Source: Nemertoderma westbladi
Taxonomy: Eukaryota; Animalia; Xenacoelomorpha
NCBI GenBank assembly: GCA_032718475.1
Contig: JAUCBJ010000121.1
Location: 1 to 64,000, forward strand
DNA: 64,000 nucleotides
Direction of reading: 5' to 3'
Within the stretch, counting starts at the first letter, position 1. Each line of letters opens with the position of its first letter. The notes below the pieces were generated by a model. The model was given only the letters and a program-made list of their open reading frames with translations. It was not told the DNA's origin and did no database searches. A program made the translations under genes and the position numbers. Positions 24,436 through 34,369 of the stretch are shown here, in pieces.

Positions 24436-27400
24436 TTGGATGAGAATAGGTCGTGTGATACAGACATATGGAGGGGGCCGCTACCCCCGATGACATACCC
24501 AAGTCAGAGAAAGTCAAGAAATAGGACAGACGGAACGCACCAGACAGGAGAAACTATACAGCATCCATCGAACCCATTGGAAGCACAGGCGATGGGGATG
24601 GCCACGTTGATCGATGCGTTGAAAACGAGGATCGAGCTACCACCCGTGGAACCATTCAAATTCGATGGGAGCAGGCCGGAAGAATATCTACAGTTTCGGC
24701 GCATGTATAGTAACGAAATACGAACAAAAAACTTGACACAGGCGGAGTGCCTAAAGTATCTGCAAGTGTACACGGCAGGCCCAGCATACGATATCGTGAG
24801 GCAATATCAAGGAATAGAGGGCGGCTTCACAACAGCATGGCGGGCACTGGATAGGGAATACGGGCACCCGGCCAAGATCATCAGGCAGACGCTGAGAGGC
24901 ATAACATCGGGTGGCCTACAGGATAATCCCGTTAGCATTAAGACGTTCGCTAACAAAGTCGAAAAGGCGCTAATCGTGCTGAAGACGCTAGACGCGCCGT
25001 ACGAGCTCAATGCGTCCAACAACATCACCACGATAGCGCAGGCACTACCAAACTGGCTGCGCAACAAGTGGGGGAAAATCGCCTTCTCCACTCGAGATAA
25101 GAAGGGTGCGGAACCGGGTTTAGAAGAAATGTCAAACTTCTTAAACTACGAGGCTGAACTAATAACTGACCCAGTCTATAGCGAAGATAGCCTGGGAAAG
25201 GGACCGAAGACAGACTACCATAGACCGAAACCAGAGCACAACACATCAAACGCATTACCGAGACTCAGGCAATCATTGCCATATGCAGCGACGCAGGGGA
25301 CTGCAAGTCCACAGCTAGCCGAGGATAAGACAACACCATGGAACGGACAGGGAAACAATAACAACACAAATAAACATAACCCCAGTACATCCAGTAGGCT
25401 GAATCCAAACAATAAGAATAGTAGGGACTTTGGTACAAACGCAACTGCGATACGCAATGCACTGTATAAAGAGGGCTACGACCCAAAGAGCAAATGCCAG
25501 CTACACGCAAATGCGCTTCATCAAACCATGAACTGCAGGTACTGGCAGGCGCTACCTAGGCAAGATCAGATAGATTATGCATTCAGCAATAAAATATGCT
25601 CGCGATGTGTAATGAGTGGACATAGAGCAAGGGAGTGCAAGGAGAAGCCAATAAAATTTGGTCAAAGGAGAGGCCAAATGATGGCGACGAGCACAGTAGG
25701 GGCGAAGAAGAGGGGAACGGTGTTACTTGGAGTAGTACCAGTGCGAGTGATCGGGGAAGGCAATCGATCAGTAATAACACTAATGCTGGTTGATAGTGGA
25801 GCTGCCTTCACATTAGTCGAGGAATGGGTGGCCGAGGAGATAGGATTGAGAACGAGGCCAAGCAGGATGGCGGTAACAACCATCTCTAGCAAAGATGAGA
25901 TCCTGGAGATGAGAACAGGACGGTGCGCAATTGCAGCAGTGGCACCAGGATGCGACTATGGGGCAACCATCGACCCCATCCAAGTGATAGAGTCAATTAA
26001 TATTAATGCCAGGCGACCAACCAAGATCGAGGTCGAGCAGTATAAATTCCTGGACGACATTGACTTCTCAATCCCAGACGTGGACGTTAGGAAGGTGTCC
26101 ATCATAGTAGGCATGGACTGCCCAACGGCCCACGAAAGAATACAAACGGTCTTCGGCGAAGACAAGCAGAGTGACCCGGTGGCCATATTAACACCATTCG
26201 GGTGGACGCTGAGTGGTCCAATCAAGAGTAAGATACCATTTAGGATGTCGGAGACATCAGGATGCATGTTCGCGGGAACAATGCAGGAAATGGGTGACGA
26301 GGGAGCAGAGGAGCAGCTTAAAAGACTGCTCAGACATGATTTCGAGGGACTGAAAGAAACCGGAGTCGGGACCTCAGTAGAAGACAAGCAGGCTTTACAA
26401 AGCGTGGAGGAACCGATGACATGCAATGAGGGGCGGTATACTATAGGAATGGTATGGAAACTACCGAAGATACCGCTGCCCGACAATAGGGGGATGGTAC
26501 TCACGAGACTCCGCAAACTGAAACAAACACTAAAATGGAGCCCCGAGAAGAATGAGTACATCCACATTACAATTAAGAAGTACGTCGAGAAAGGATGGGC
26601 CGTGGAGTTACCGGTCGACGAGCCGAACACGGATAGGACATATTACCTGCCACTACACATGGCTTTAGATCCAAAGAAAGGTAAACTACGGATGGTAGTC
26701 GACGCATCGGCAAAGACCGACGGAAAGTGCTTAAACGACTACCTGTTAGAAGGCCCAAACATATACAATTCAGGCATAGAGGTGTTACTTAGATTTAGAA
26801 ATGGGAAACACGCCTTCACGTGTGACATAGAAGGCATGTTCAACCAAGTCCGTGTAACGGAGGAAGATAGCGACAGTCAGCGCTTCTTATGGTATAACGG
26901 CGAGAAAGAACCGTCGATAATACCGGCATATAAGATGGTAGTACAGAACATGGGGGCCAAGTCGTCTTCATTTACGACGACTATGGCAGTGAGAGACACA
27001 GTAAAGGGGAAGGAAGATAGATACAGCAGTAGGGCCGTCGATATGATTCGACGCGGCTTCTACGTAGACGACGGAATGGAGTCTGGAAATACGGTTAAGG
27101 AGATACTGGATACAGGGCGCGAGGTTCGCGACATCCTAAAGGGATCCGGCTTTAACCTGACCAAATTCCAATCCAGTTCGGAAGAATTTATCAAGGCCAT
27201 AGAGGACAGGAGACCAGAATCGACCATGGATAATCCCACAACAGCCAAAGGGCAGGACATGGCGATTAAGAGAACAGAATCTCAACAGAAGGCATTGGGA
27301 ATCGTGTGGGATAGAGAGACAGACGAACTGAAGTATCAGCTGAGCCAAGAGGGTGCAGACATCCACACGAAGAGGGGCTATGTATCGTATATAGCAAGGA

Positions 27401-28122
27401 TATACGATCCCCTAGGCCTAGCATCCCCATTATTAGTCACAGGGAAACAGATACTCAAGAGAGTATACAAACTGAAGGATGAGTGGGACGTAGAGGTACC
27501 AGAGGAAATCAAGAAACAGTGGAGCAAGTGGACAGGAGACTTGGAGAAGATGGGAACATACAACATGCCACGGGTGTATTTCCCGGATGGGAACATGACG
27601 AATCTGGACCTACACATGTTCTCCGACGCGTCGTTGGAAGCGTACGGAGCGGCACTCTACTTAGTACAACGAGAGGGGGCTCATAAGCCAAGACTAGCCT
27701 TTAGCAAAGCAAAGTCAACGCCACCAGATTCAGCATCAGTTCCTAAGTTAGAATTGACAGCCGCGAGACTAGGAGTAAGAGCCACAGCCTACCTAGTGGA
27801 TACTATTCCCAACATAGTGGAGACACACTACTGGACGGACTCCATGGTAGTGCTTGGCTGGCTACACAACGAAAGGACGAGATACCCGATATTCGTCGCG
27901 AATAGAGTTGACGAAATAAGGGCGAGTACAGAACTGGAAAGGTGGCACTACTGCCCAACAGACGATAACCCAGCGGACTTGTTGTCGAGGGGCGTGGTAC
28001 GCCACACTTTCTTGAAGAAGGAAGTATTGTGGCAACATGGGCCACAATTTCTGAGCGATAAAGAGGCCTGGCCGCCGATGAGAAAGGTGGACCCGGGCTC
28101 AGAAGTAGTATCAGAAGGATAA
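24436..28122 (+). CDS. gag-pol: BEL/Pao Gag capsid, zinc knuckles, aspartic protease, reverse transcriptase and RNase H
   Basis: LPPVEPFKFDGS; CSRCVMSGHRAREC; LVDSGA; YYLPLH, KLRMVVDAS, CLNDYLLEGP, DIEGMFNQV, GFYVDD; LHMFSDASLEAYG, VPKLELTAA, WTDSMVVLGW, NPADLLSRG. Confidence 0.95.
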   Translation: MDENRSCDTDIWRGPLPPMTYPSQRKSRNRTDGTHQTGETIQHPSNPLEAQAMGMATLIDALKTRIELPPVEPFKFDGSRPEEYLQFRRMYSNEIRTKNLTQAECLKYLQVYTAGPAYDIVRQYQGIEGGFTTAWRALDREYGHPAKIIRQTLRGITSGGLQDNPVSIKTFANKVEKALIVLKTLDAPYELNASNNITTIAQALPNWLRNKWGKIAFSTRDKKGAEPGLEEMSNFLNYEAELITDPVYSEDSLGKGPKTDYHRPKPEHNTSNALPRLRQSLPYAATQGTASPQLAEDKTTPWNGQGNNNNTNKHNPSTSSRLNPNNKNSRDFGTNATAIRNALYKEGYDPKSKCQLHANALHQTMNCRYWQALPRQDQIDYAFSNKICSRCVMSGHRARECKEKPIKFGQRRGQMMATSTVGAKKRGTVLLGVVPVRVIGEGNRSVITLMLVDSGAAFTLVEEWVAEEIGLRTRPSRMAVTTISSKDEILEMRTGRCAIAAVAPGCDYGATIDPIQVIESININARRPTKIEVEQYKFLDDIDFSIPDVDVRKVSIIVGMDCPTAHERIQTVFGEDKQSDPVAILTPFGWTLSGPIKSKIPFRMSETSGCMFAGTMQEMGDEGAEEQLKRLLRHDFEGLKETGVGTSVEDKQALQSVEEPMTCNEGRYTIGMVWKLPKIPLPDNRGMVLTRLRKLKQTLKWSPEKNEYIHITIKKYVEKGWAVELPVDEPNTDRTYYLPLHMALDPKKGKLRMVVDASAKTDGKCLNDYLLEGPNIYNSGIEVLLRFRNGKHAFTCDIEGMFNQVRVTEEDSDSQRFLWYNGEKEPSIIPAYKMVVQNMGAKSSSFTTTMAVRDTVKGKEDRYSSRAVDMIRRGFYVDDGMESGNTVKEILDTGREVRDILKGSGFNLTKFQSSSEEFIKAIEDRRPESTMDNPTTAKGQDMAIKRTESQQKALGIVWDRETDELKYQLSQEGADIHTKRGYVSYIARIYDPLGLASPLLVTGKQILKRVYKLKDEWDVEVPEEIKKQWSKWTGDLEKMGTYNMPRVYFPDGNMTNLDLHMFSDASLEAYGAALYLVQREGAHKPRLAFSKAKSTPPDSASVPKLELTAARLGVRATAYLVDTIPNIVETHYWTDSMVVLGWLHNERTRYPIFVANRVDEIRASTELERWHYCPTDDNPADLLSRGVVRHTFLKKEVLWQHGPQFLSDKEAWPPMRKVDPGSEVVSEG

Positions 28123-29700
28123 GAGGGAGATTCAGAGGGAGAAGATATATACTCCCAGATGGTGAGGGAGATTAGGGACGTGCAACCAGGACGGGAACTG
28201 TGCGATAACCCGACGGATAAACTCCTCAGCTACAGTTCTAGTTGGTATAAGACCAAGAAACTAGTGGCGTACTGGAGAGCCTTCGGCAATTTCCTTGCGG
28301 GAGTTGGCAAGGACAAGAAGATCAGGACAACCATAGATCTGGAAGGAGCGGCCAAGGCAGTGATCCGCTATGAACAACGGAAGAACTATGGCAACGAGGT
28401 GGAACGCATCGGTAACCAACAGCACCTCCGACAGGACAGCGAGCTGATTACGCTGTCGCCACAACTCAATGACGACAGGATTCTAGTAATGCATTCTAGG
28501 GTGGGATACAACAACAGCATAGTCGTACCACCGAAACCCATCATCATTCCTACAGGATCGCCAATAGTCCACCAGATTATATGGGACTCCCACAAATCGA
28601 TATTGCATGGGGGCACCAACCGAACCCTCACAGAGATAAGGAGGACCTATTGGGTCAAACAACTGAGGAAGAAGGTAAAAGCGGTAGTGGGGCAGTGCCA
28701 GACCTGCCGACGAGCGAAGAAGGAGCGAGCCGTACAGGAGATGGCGCCACTACCGGCGAGTAGGGTAAGACAGCACGACCCGCCATTTACGCATTGCGGT
28801 GTGGACATGTTCGGGCCGATAAAGATCAAAGTGATGCGACACACGGAGAAACGCTACGGCATTATCTTCATATGCAACAACACGCAGGCGGTAGGGATAG
28901 AACTCGCCCAAGATGCAACCGCATCAGCGTTCATTAACGCCTTAGAAAGGTTTAGGGACCGCAAAGGTGGGACGATCGCAGTGATATACAGCGACAACGG
29001 CACCAACTTTGTGGGCACAGAGAGTGAGATGGCAGAGGCCTTGGACATCTTGGAGGGAGAAGAAGTCAGGGCAGCCATGAGGCGACGACAAGTAAAGTGG
29101 GAGAGAAGGACACCGTATGCACCACATACACTAGGGTGCGTCGAGAGACTGGTGGGCAGTTCAAAGCGTCTAATGACGAAGCTAATGAACACCCACATGG
29201 TCACTGAGGACGTCTTACGGACAGTACTTGCGAAGTGCGAGGGGATCATTAATAGCAGACCGCTATATCCGGAGAATGATGACCCTGAGTCATTAGACGT
29301 GCTGACGCCTAGCCATTTCCTGATGGAAAGGCCAGCGACCATCGATATGCGGGGTGTAGACCCAGATGACATACACTCCCGCCAAAGTTGGAAAGTCGCT
29401 AAAGCAATAAGCGCAGAGTATTGGAGGAGGTGGGTCGACGAATACCTACCCACACTCCATAAACGAAGCAAGTGGAGGAAGTCAAACAGGGAGTTAAGAG
29501 AGGGAGATCTCGTAATCGTTACGGATGATACTATCATCAACAACCAATGGCGGTTGGCGAGAGTTGTAGGCACCTACTCCGACGAGGACGGAAGAGTCCG
29601 ATCGGTAGAAGTGCGGATAGGTGGAAAGATAGGTGCGAAGGACAGAAAAACCTACAGGAGAGCTGTAGGCAAATGCTGTCTGTTAGAAGGGGCAACTTAG
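28123..29700 (+). CDS. pol: BEL/Pao integrase, same frame as the upstream ORF and separated by one TAA at 28120-28122
   Basis: HHCC zinc motif (H-KSIL-HGG...CQTC); DDE core GVDMFGP, YSDNGTNF, GCVERLV; C-terminal WRRWVDEYLPTL, WRLARV. Confidence 0.93.
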   Translation, partial: EGDSEGEDIYSQMVREIRDVQPGRELCDNPTDKLLSYSSSWYKTKKLVAYWRAFGNFLAGVGKDKKIRTTIDLEGAAKAVIRYEQRKNYGNEVERIGNQQHLRQDSELITLSPQLNDDRILVMHSRVGYNNSIVVPPKPIIIPTGSPIVHQIIWDSHKSILHGGTNRTLTEIRRTYWVKQLRKKVKAVVGQCQTCRRAKKERAVQEMAPLPASRVRQHDPPFTHCGVDMFGPIKIKVMRHTEKRYGIIFICNNTQAVGIELAQDATASAFINALERFRDRKGGTIAVIYSDNGTNFVGTESEMAEALDILEGEEVRAAMRRRQVKWERRTPYAPHTLGCVERLVGSSKRLMTKLMNTHMVTEDVLRTVLAKCEGIINSRPLYPENDDPESLDVLTPSHFLMERPATIDMRGVDPDDIHSRQSWKVAKAISAEYWRRWVDEYLPTLHKRSKWRKSNRELREGDLVIVTDDTIINNQWRLARVVGTYSDEDGRVRSVEVRIGGKIGAKDRKTYRRAVGKCCLLEGAT

Positions 29701-29816
29701 TAGAGTTAGAGAAAAGTTTAGTCGTCCAAGTTTTGGACTGAGGGGGGTGGGATTGAGGGCGAGACGCCCTTCCCACAAACAAGCAAATAAAATAAAATAA
29801 AAATAATAGTACATGG

Positions 29817-30625
29817 TAGGTACGCAGTTAGTAGGCAGAAGTTAGTTAAGAGGTACGTAGTACCTAGTTAGTTAGTTAGTTAGTTAGAGGGTACGTAGTA
29901 CCGCCAGTCAGAGAGTTAGTTAGAAGGTACGTAGTACCTAGTTAGTTAGTTAGTTAGAGGGTACGTAGTACCGCCAGTTAGAGAGTTAGTTAGAAGGTAC
30001 GTAGTACCTAGTTAGTTAGTTAGTTAGAGGGTACGTAGTACCGCCAGTCAGAGAGTTAGTTAGAAGGTACGTAGTACCTAGTTAGTTAGTTAGTTAGTTA
30101 GTTAGAGGGTACGTAGTACCGCCAGTTAGAGAGTTAGTTAGAAGGTACGTAGTACCTAGTTAGTTAGTTAGTTAGAGGGTACGTAGTACCGCCAGTTAAA
30201 GAGTTAGTTAGAAGGTACGTAGTACCTAGTTAGTTAGAGGGTACGTAGTACCGCTAGTTAGTTAGAGTTAGAGGGTACGTAGTACCGCTAGTTAGTTAGA
30301 GAGTTAGAGGGTACATAAGTACCGTTAGTTAGTTAGAGAGTTAGAGGGTACGTAAGTACCGCTAGTTAGTTAGAGAGTTAGAGGGTACGTAAGTACCGTT
30401 AGTTAGTTAGAGAGTTAGAGGGTACGTAAGTACCGCTAGTTAGTTAGAGTTAGAGGGTACGTAGTACCGTTAGTTAGTTAGAGAGTTAGGGGGTACGTAG
30501 TACCGTTAGTTAGAGAAGAGTTAGAGGGTACGTAGTACCGTTAGTTAGAGAAGAGTTAGAGGGTACGTAGTACTGTTAGTTAGTTAGAATTAGAGTTAGA
30601 GGGTACGTAGTACCGTTAGTTAGAA
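29817..30625 (+). repeat. Array of ~22 GGTAC-GTA-GTACC palindromes embedded in (TTAG)n
   Basis: Directly visible tandem array between pol and the third ORF. Confidence 0.92.
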
Positions 30626-31113
30626 GATAGAGAGTAAGAGGTAAAAGGGGGTATATAAGATATAGATATTAGTTAGCAGTTAGTAGAGAGAGGGGGGCAT
30701 ATGAGTACAGCTGGGTAAATCGTGTGGCCACACGACGCATACTGCTGTACTGCATAGGCCCACAGAGTAGGCCAGAATGTGGATTAGAGAATAGAATAAT
30801 CCATAGGCAGTAGTAAGTAGTAGGACAGTAGAATCAAAATTAAATAGGTGAATAAATAGAATAGGGCTGAAAGTTACAAATAATGGCAACACAAGGAAAG
30901 TTATTCTAGAACATAATAAAAGTAACGGACAGAAATTGTAAATTACGCCCATTTACTAGCTTCAAAATTAATTAGTAATAATTTAGGTTAAAAGGCGCAG
31001 TTAAATAGGAAATAGGCCATTATCGAACCGTACAGAACATCCTAGATACATCACTCATCTGTATTGCGCCTTGGTAAGGCACCACCTTGCAGGTGAGCGA
31101 GTGAACGTTCGGA

Positions 31114-33660
31114 ATGGCGAGTAAGTTGATCAGAAAGAGAAAAGCGGAGTCAGGAGGAAAGGAGATACTGGTGGATTTCACCGAGAGGCATCCGGAAGAG
31201 AAGACGAGAGGATACTACGAGAGGTTGGAAAGGGGTCACGCGGCGCGAGCGCTGCAGGATCACTTCAGGGAGATGCACGAACAGCGGCTGGTCGGGACCT
31301 ACGGGACGCCGTCGCTGGACAACGCGATCTTCCAACACTTCCACTACGTGGTGAAAGGGGACGAGGCGAAGTTCGGGATTCCGAAGTACCCGAGGGAATC
31401 ACCGAGGAAGGACTGGAAAAGATTCATAGAGTCCGTCAACAGAGGAGGATATATGATCCTAGACGACGAGGGAACCGTGGAAGACGAGGCGGGTTCGAGA
31501 CGAGGAACGGCGGGGTCGGCCAGGACCATACTCCTACATTTGGCCGCGCCAAATGGGGACATCTTCTTGTTCGACCTAGGGACGTATGGGAAGAAGGACG
31601 GGCCGAAATTAAACCGGTTACCGAAAGCGGTACAAGTTTTGGTAAGAGAGAAGTCGACGACGAAAGTGGGATCGGCGATTCGCAAGGATTCGGAGAGAAT
31701 CATCGGTCCGGACGCCACCAACCTCCTGGATATGCAGAAGGTCTTTATGGCTATGACGGCACCGGATGGGTTGGGGGTAGTCGAAAACACAGGCCAATGC
31801 GGGGCGGTGGCAATGGGCCAGCTATTGGGGCTCGTATGCCACAAACCGATGGATTGGGGGAAGTTTAGGGAAGAATACGGAGCAGAACTAGAGAACTCGC
31901 TAAAGTGGGGAGCGAGACCAGGAAAGCAGGAGGTATATCAATTCCGCAGGGGAGCGATAAAGGTATATCAGAAGCGATATATCCTGCAGGAGGACTGGAT
32001 GATGATAAGTTTGCTTAACTTATTCATGACCGTGGTTATCGAGAGGGAACCAGGGGCATTTCTGTTATCGGGATCACCCCTAAGCTACAGGAGAGCCTTT
32101 AAGACGGCCTTTGACGGTCTGGTAGACCACCCGGGGCTGAAGGGCGAGTCGGTGTACTACAACAGCCGACATATGGTAGACGGGGAGACAGATACACCGT
32201 ATCAGAGATGGGAGCAGCTAGAGACGGATAGACGAGAAGCAAAGCGACTGGAAGAAGTCGCTAGACGGGAGAGGATAGAAGCAGAGGAGAGGGAAGAGGA
32301 GGCCAGGACACAGAGTTACGGCTTCGAGGAACAGGCAGGCCTAGACGAACTTCATTGGACTTCATCAGGGAGTTCGGGGGAGTCTCTAGGGCGAGAATTG
32401 GGATGGACGGTGGGATCGCCGAAACAGTCGACGTCGGGGTTGCAAACGATGCCCATACCAGCGGGCGCCGAGGGCGACCAACCGCCAAGGAAGTTAAGGG
32501 AGCTAGAGGGATGGAGAGCTACGGGCGAGAGCCAAGGCGGGAAGGGACATAGTGTATCCATCGGGATACCGGGGTTGGAGACACTGCCAGAAGAGGAGGA
32601 CAACGACGACGAGTTCGGAGAGATGCCGCCCATCGAGAGGATAGGCCACTCGGACACGGACTGGGTTGGCGGAAGGGTGGTGACGGCCAGTTGGGCGAGG
32701 GCCTTCTGGAACAGATCCGGCAAGCGGACCTGGGTGCACGAGGACCCGGCGATGGATTTCGCGGGGAGCACTATCAGGTTGGGCGAGCAACCGGGGATGG
32801 CACCACGGATAGTATTCGGGGAGACGATGCCCGAGAGGGGCGGAGAGATCGACGTAGATAGAGAGACCAACGTAGAGAAGTTCGCCTACCAGCGACTCCA
32901 CAAACCGCGGAGATCGCTTGGGACGAAAGACGAGGTGGGACGGGAGACATTGGTACTCGGCTGCGACTACTGTGGGAGACAGACCCATCGGGAAAGGAGC
33001 TGCCTATACCGGTTCCAGAAGGGAACCTTTTGTCTCTACTGCCGAGAACCAAGCCACAGGATGGGGGCGTGTCCACAGTTGCATAACCGATGTCCAAAGT
33101 GCCACTTTCGGGGACACTATGGACGCAAATGCGACTGGATGAACGACGAGGAGAAGTTCACGAGATTCGAGGAGTGGGCCGACGTCGAGGCCATGACGCG
33201 CCAGCGCATGAAGGCCCAGGAGTTCAAGTGGGGTTTCTTCCTTATCAATCAGGAGACTCACATGGAGATCATAAAGCGGAGGCTACCGTTTACCTACCAA
33301 GAGTTAGCAACGGCGGCGTCGTACGCCGGAGTGATGAACACGCAAAGATATTTGGACAGGTGGACGCCAGAGAACCGAAGGGAGTTTAGGGATTTCTTGG
33401 CGGAGCACGTACCACAAGCAATGAAGATGATCCTATGGGACGCCACTAGAGGGAGACAACCGGGCCACTCTGAGGGGCCACCGGCGAAGCGATATCGGGC
33501 ACTAATAACACCAGCGCCCAGGGAGCCAACGACCGGGATCAGCAGGGAGGTGGCGGCGAAGGTCCGAAAGCAGAAAGCGGATCCCAGAGGAACGGTGGTA
33601 ACCAAGAAACGACCCAGGGAAGAGGACGCCAGGGGGAACTATCCCCAGAGGAACAGATAG
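31114..33660 (+). CDS. 848-aa accessory protein: DEDDy 3'-5' exonuclease-like domain (RNase D/WRN/EXD/Mut-7 type) plus three CCHC zinc knuckles
   Basis: Uninterrupted ATG ORF with ExoI ILDDEG, LLHLAAP..IFLFDL, LPKAVQVLVR..TKVGSAIRKD (ExoII), LLDMQ, LLGLVCHK, ExoIII-like QKRYILQED; knuckles CDYCGRQTHRERSC, CLYCREPSHRMGAC, CPKCHFRGHYGRKC. Confidence 0.8.
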   Translation: MASKLIRKRKAESGGKEILVDFTERHPEEKTRGYYERLERGHAARALQDHFREMHEQRLVGTYGTPSLDNAIFQHFHYVVKGDEAKFGIPKYPRESPRKDWKRFIESVNRGGYMILDDEGTVEDEAGSRRGTAGSARTILLHLAAPNGDIFLFDLGTYGKKDGPKLNRLPKAVQVLVREKSTTKVGSAIRKDSERIIGPDATNLLDMQKVFMAMTAPDGLGVVENTGQCGAVAMGQLLGLVCHKPMDWGKFREEYGAELENSLKWGARPGKQEVYQFRRGAIKVYQKRYILQEDWMMISLLNLFMTVVIEREPGAFLLSGSPLSYRRAFKTAFDGLVDHPGLKGESVYYNSRHMVDGETDTPYQRWEQLETDRREAKRLEEVARRERIEAEEREEEARTQSYGFEEQAGLDELHWTSSGSSGESLGRELGWTVGSPKQSTSGLQTMPIPAGAEGDQPPRKLRELEGWRATGESQGGKGHSVSIGIPGLETLPEEEDNDDEFGEMPPIERIGHSDTDWVGGRVVTASWARAFWNRSGKRTWVHEDPAMDFAGSTIRLGEQPGMAPRIVFGETMPERGGEIDVDRETNVEKFAYQRLHKPRRSLGTKDEVGRETLVLGCDYCGRQTHRERSCLYRFQKGTFCLYCREPSHRMGACPQLHNRCPKCHFRGHYGRKCDWMNDEEKFTRFEEWADVEAMTRQRMKAQEFKWGFFLINQETHMEIIKRRLPFTYQELATAASYAGVMNTQRYLDRWTPENRREFRDFLAEHVPQAMKMILWDATRGRQPGHSEGPPAKRYRALITPAPREPTTGISREVAAKVRKQKADPRGTVVTKKRPREEDARGNYPQRNR

Positions 33661-34331
33661 GTTCCCAGAGCCGAGGGAGAGAGACTGAGACTTGGACGTG
33701 GTGCGCCTGGAAGGCGCCGCGTGGGACGTACGAACTATTAAGTACAAATTTAATTAATGCAAATAATCATATAAGTGCAATTTGTATGTACGTATGTAGT
33801 AATTAGTAATCTACGAATATATACGCTCGAAGTAAGTACTATAGTCATACAACCTTTCTCAATTAGCTACTGGGACTGGGGGGTAAACTGACTATGGCAC
33901 TATGGACGAGACACCAGACAATTTCACACTTCTTGAGTGCGACGGCACAAGAGGGGGGGGAGATTCGTCAGAAGGGATGAGGTAGTCAGAGTAGGGTTGA
34001 GGGACAGAGTAGTAGGTGTGAAGTGCGGAGAGAGTGCGGACGCAATTCTAGTGTGGGGGGGATAATAAGAGGCTGAGTGAGGGACGAGGAGGTCCGAGTG
34101 TATGAGAGAGTTAGGATGAGAGTGAAGAAGAGATAGGGCGGAAGTGTTGGGGAAACAAAAGTTGCGTGAGAGGTGAGCGCGATCGGCCCAACATGAGTCG
34201 CCAGGCACACAGGGTAGCGTTATCATACCCATAGGGAGCGGCCTGGAAAGCCGGATCCGAGAGAAAAGAATTCCACCCCACACCCGATACTAGATCGGGA
34301 TCCAGCGGGATTGTAGCGCACTTTTTGGTTG

Positions 34332-34369
34332 ATGCTATCTTCTTACCGGGAAGATAGCATGGGGGGGAG
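34332..34369 (+). promoter_or_regulatory. 11-bp hairpin followed by the polypurine tract of element A
   Basis: atgctatcttc-ttaccgg-gaagatagcat then gggggggag abutting the 3' LTR; same module in B at 17538-17574. Confidence 0.85.

Noticed and set aside
28120-28122. Programmed readthrough between RNase H and integrase
   Set aside because: A single TAA in an acidic linker is most simply a point mutation (GAA or similar to TAA); no second copy here to support recoding.
24500-29780. Many short minus-strand ORFs over gag-pol
   Set aside because: Antisense to a clearly coding frame, with no independent motifs.
29830-30625. Interstitial telomeric repeat
   Set aside because: The matrix is TTAG/TTAGAG rather than TTAGG or TTAGGG, and it is internal to both related elements.
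31114-33660. Envelope gene
   Set aside because: Env position, but no signal peptide, hydrophobic anchor or glycoprotein features; exonuclease and knuckle motifs instead.
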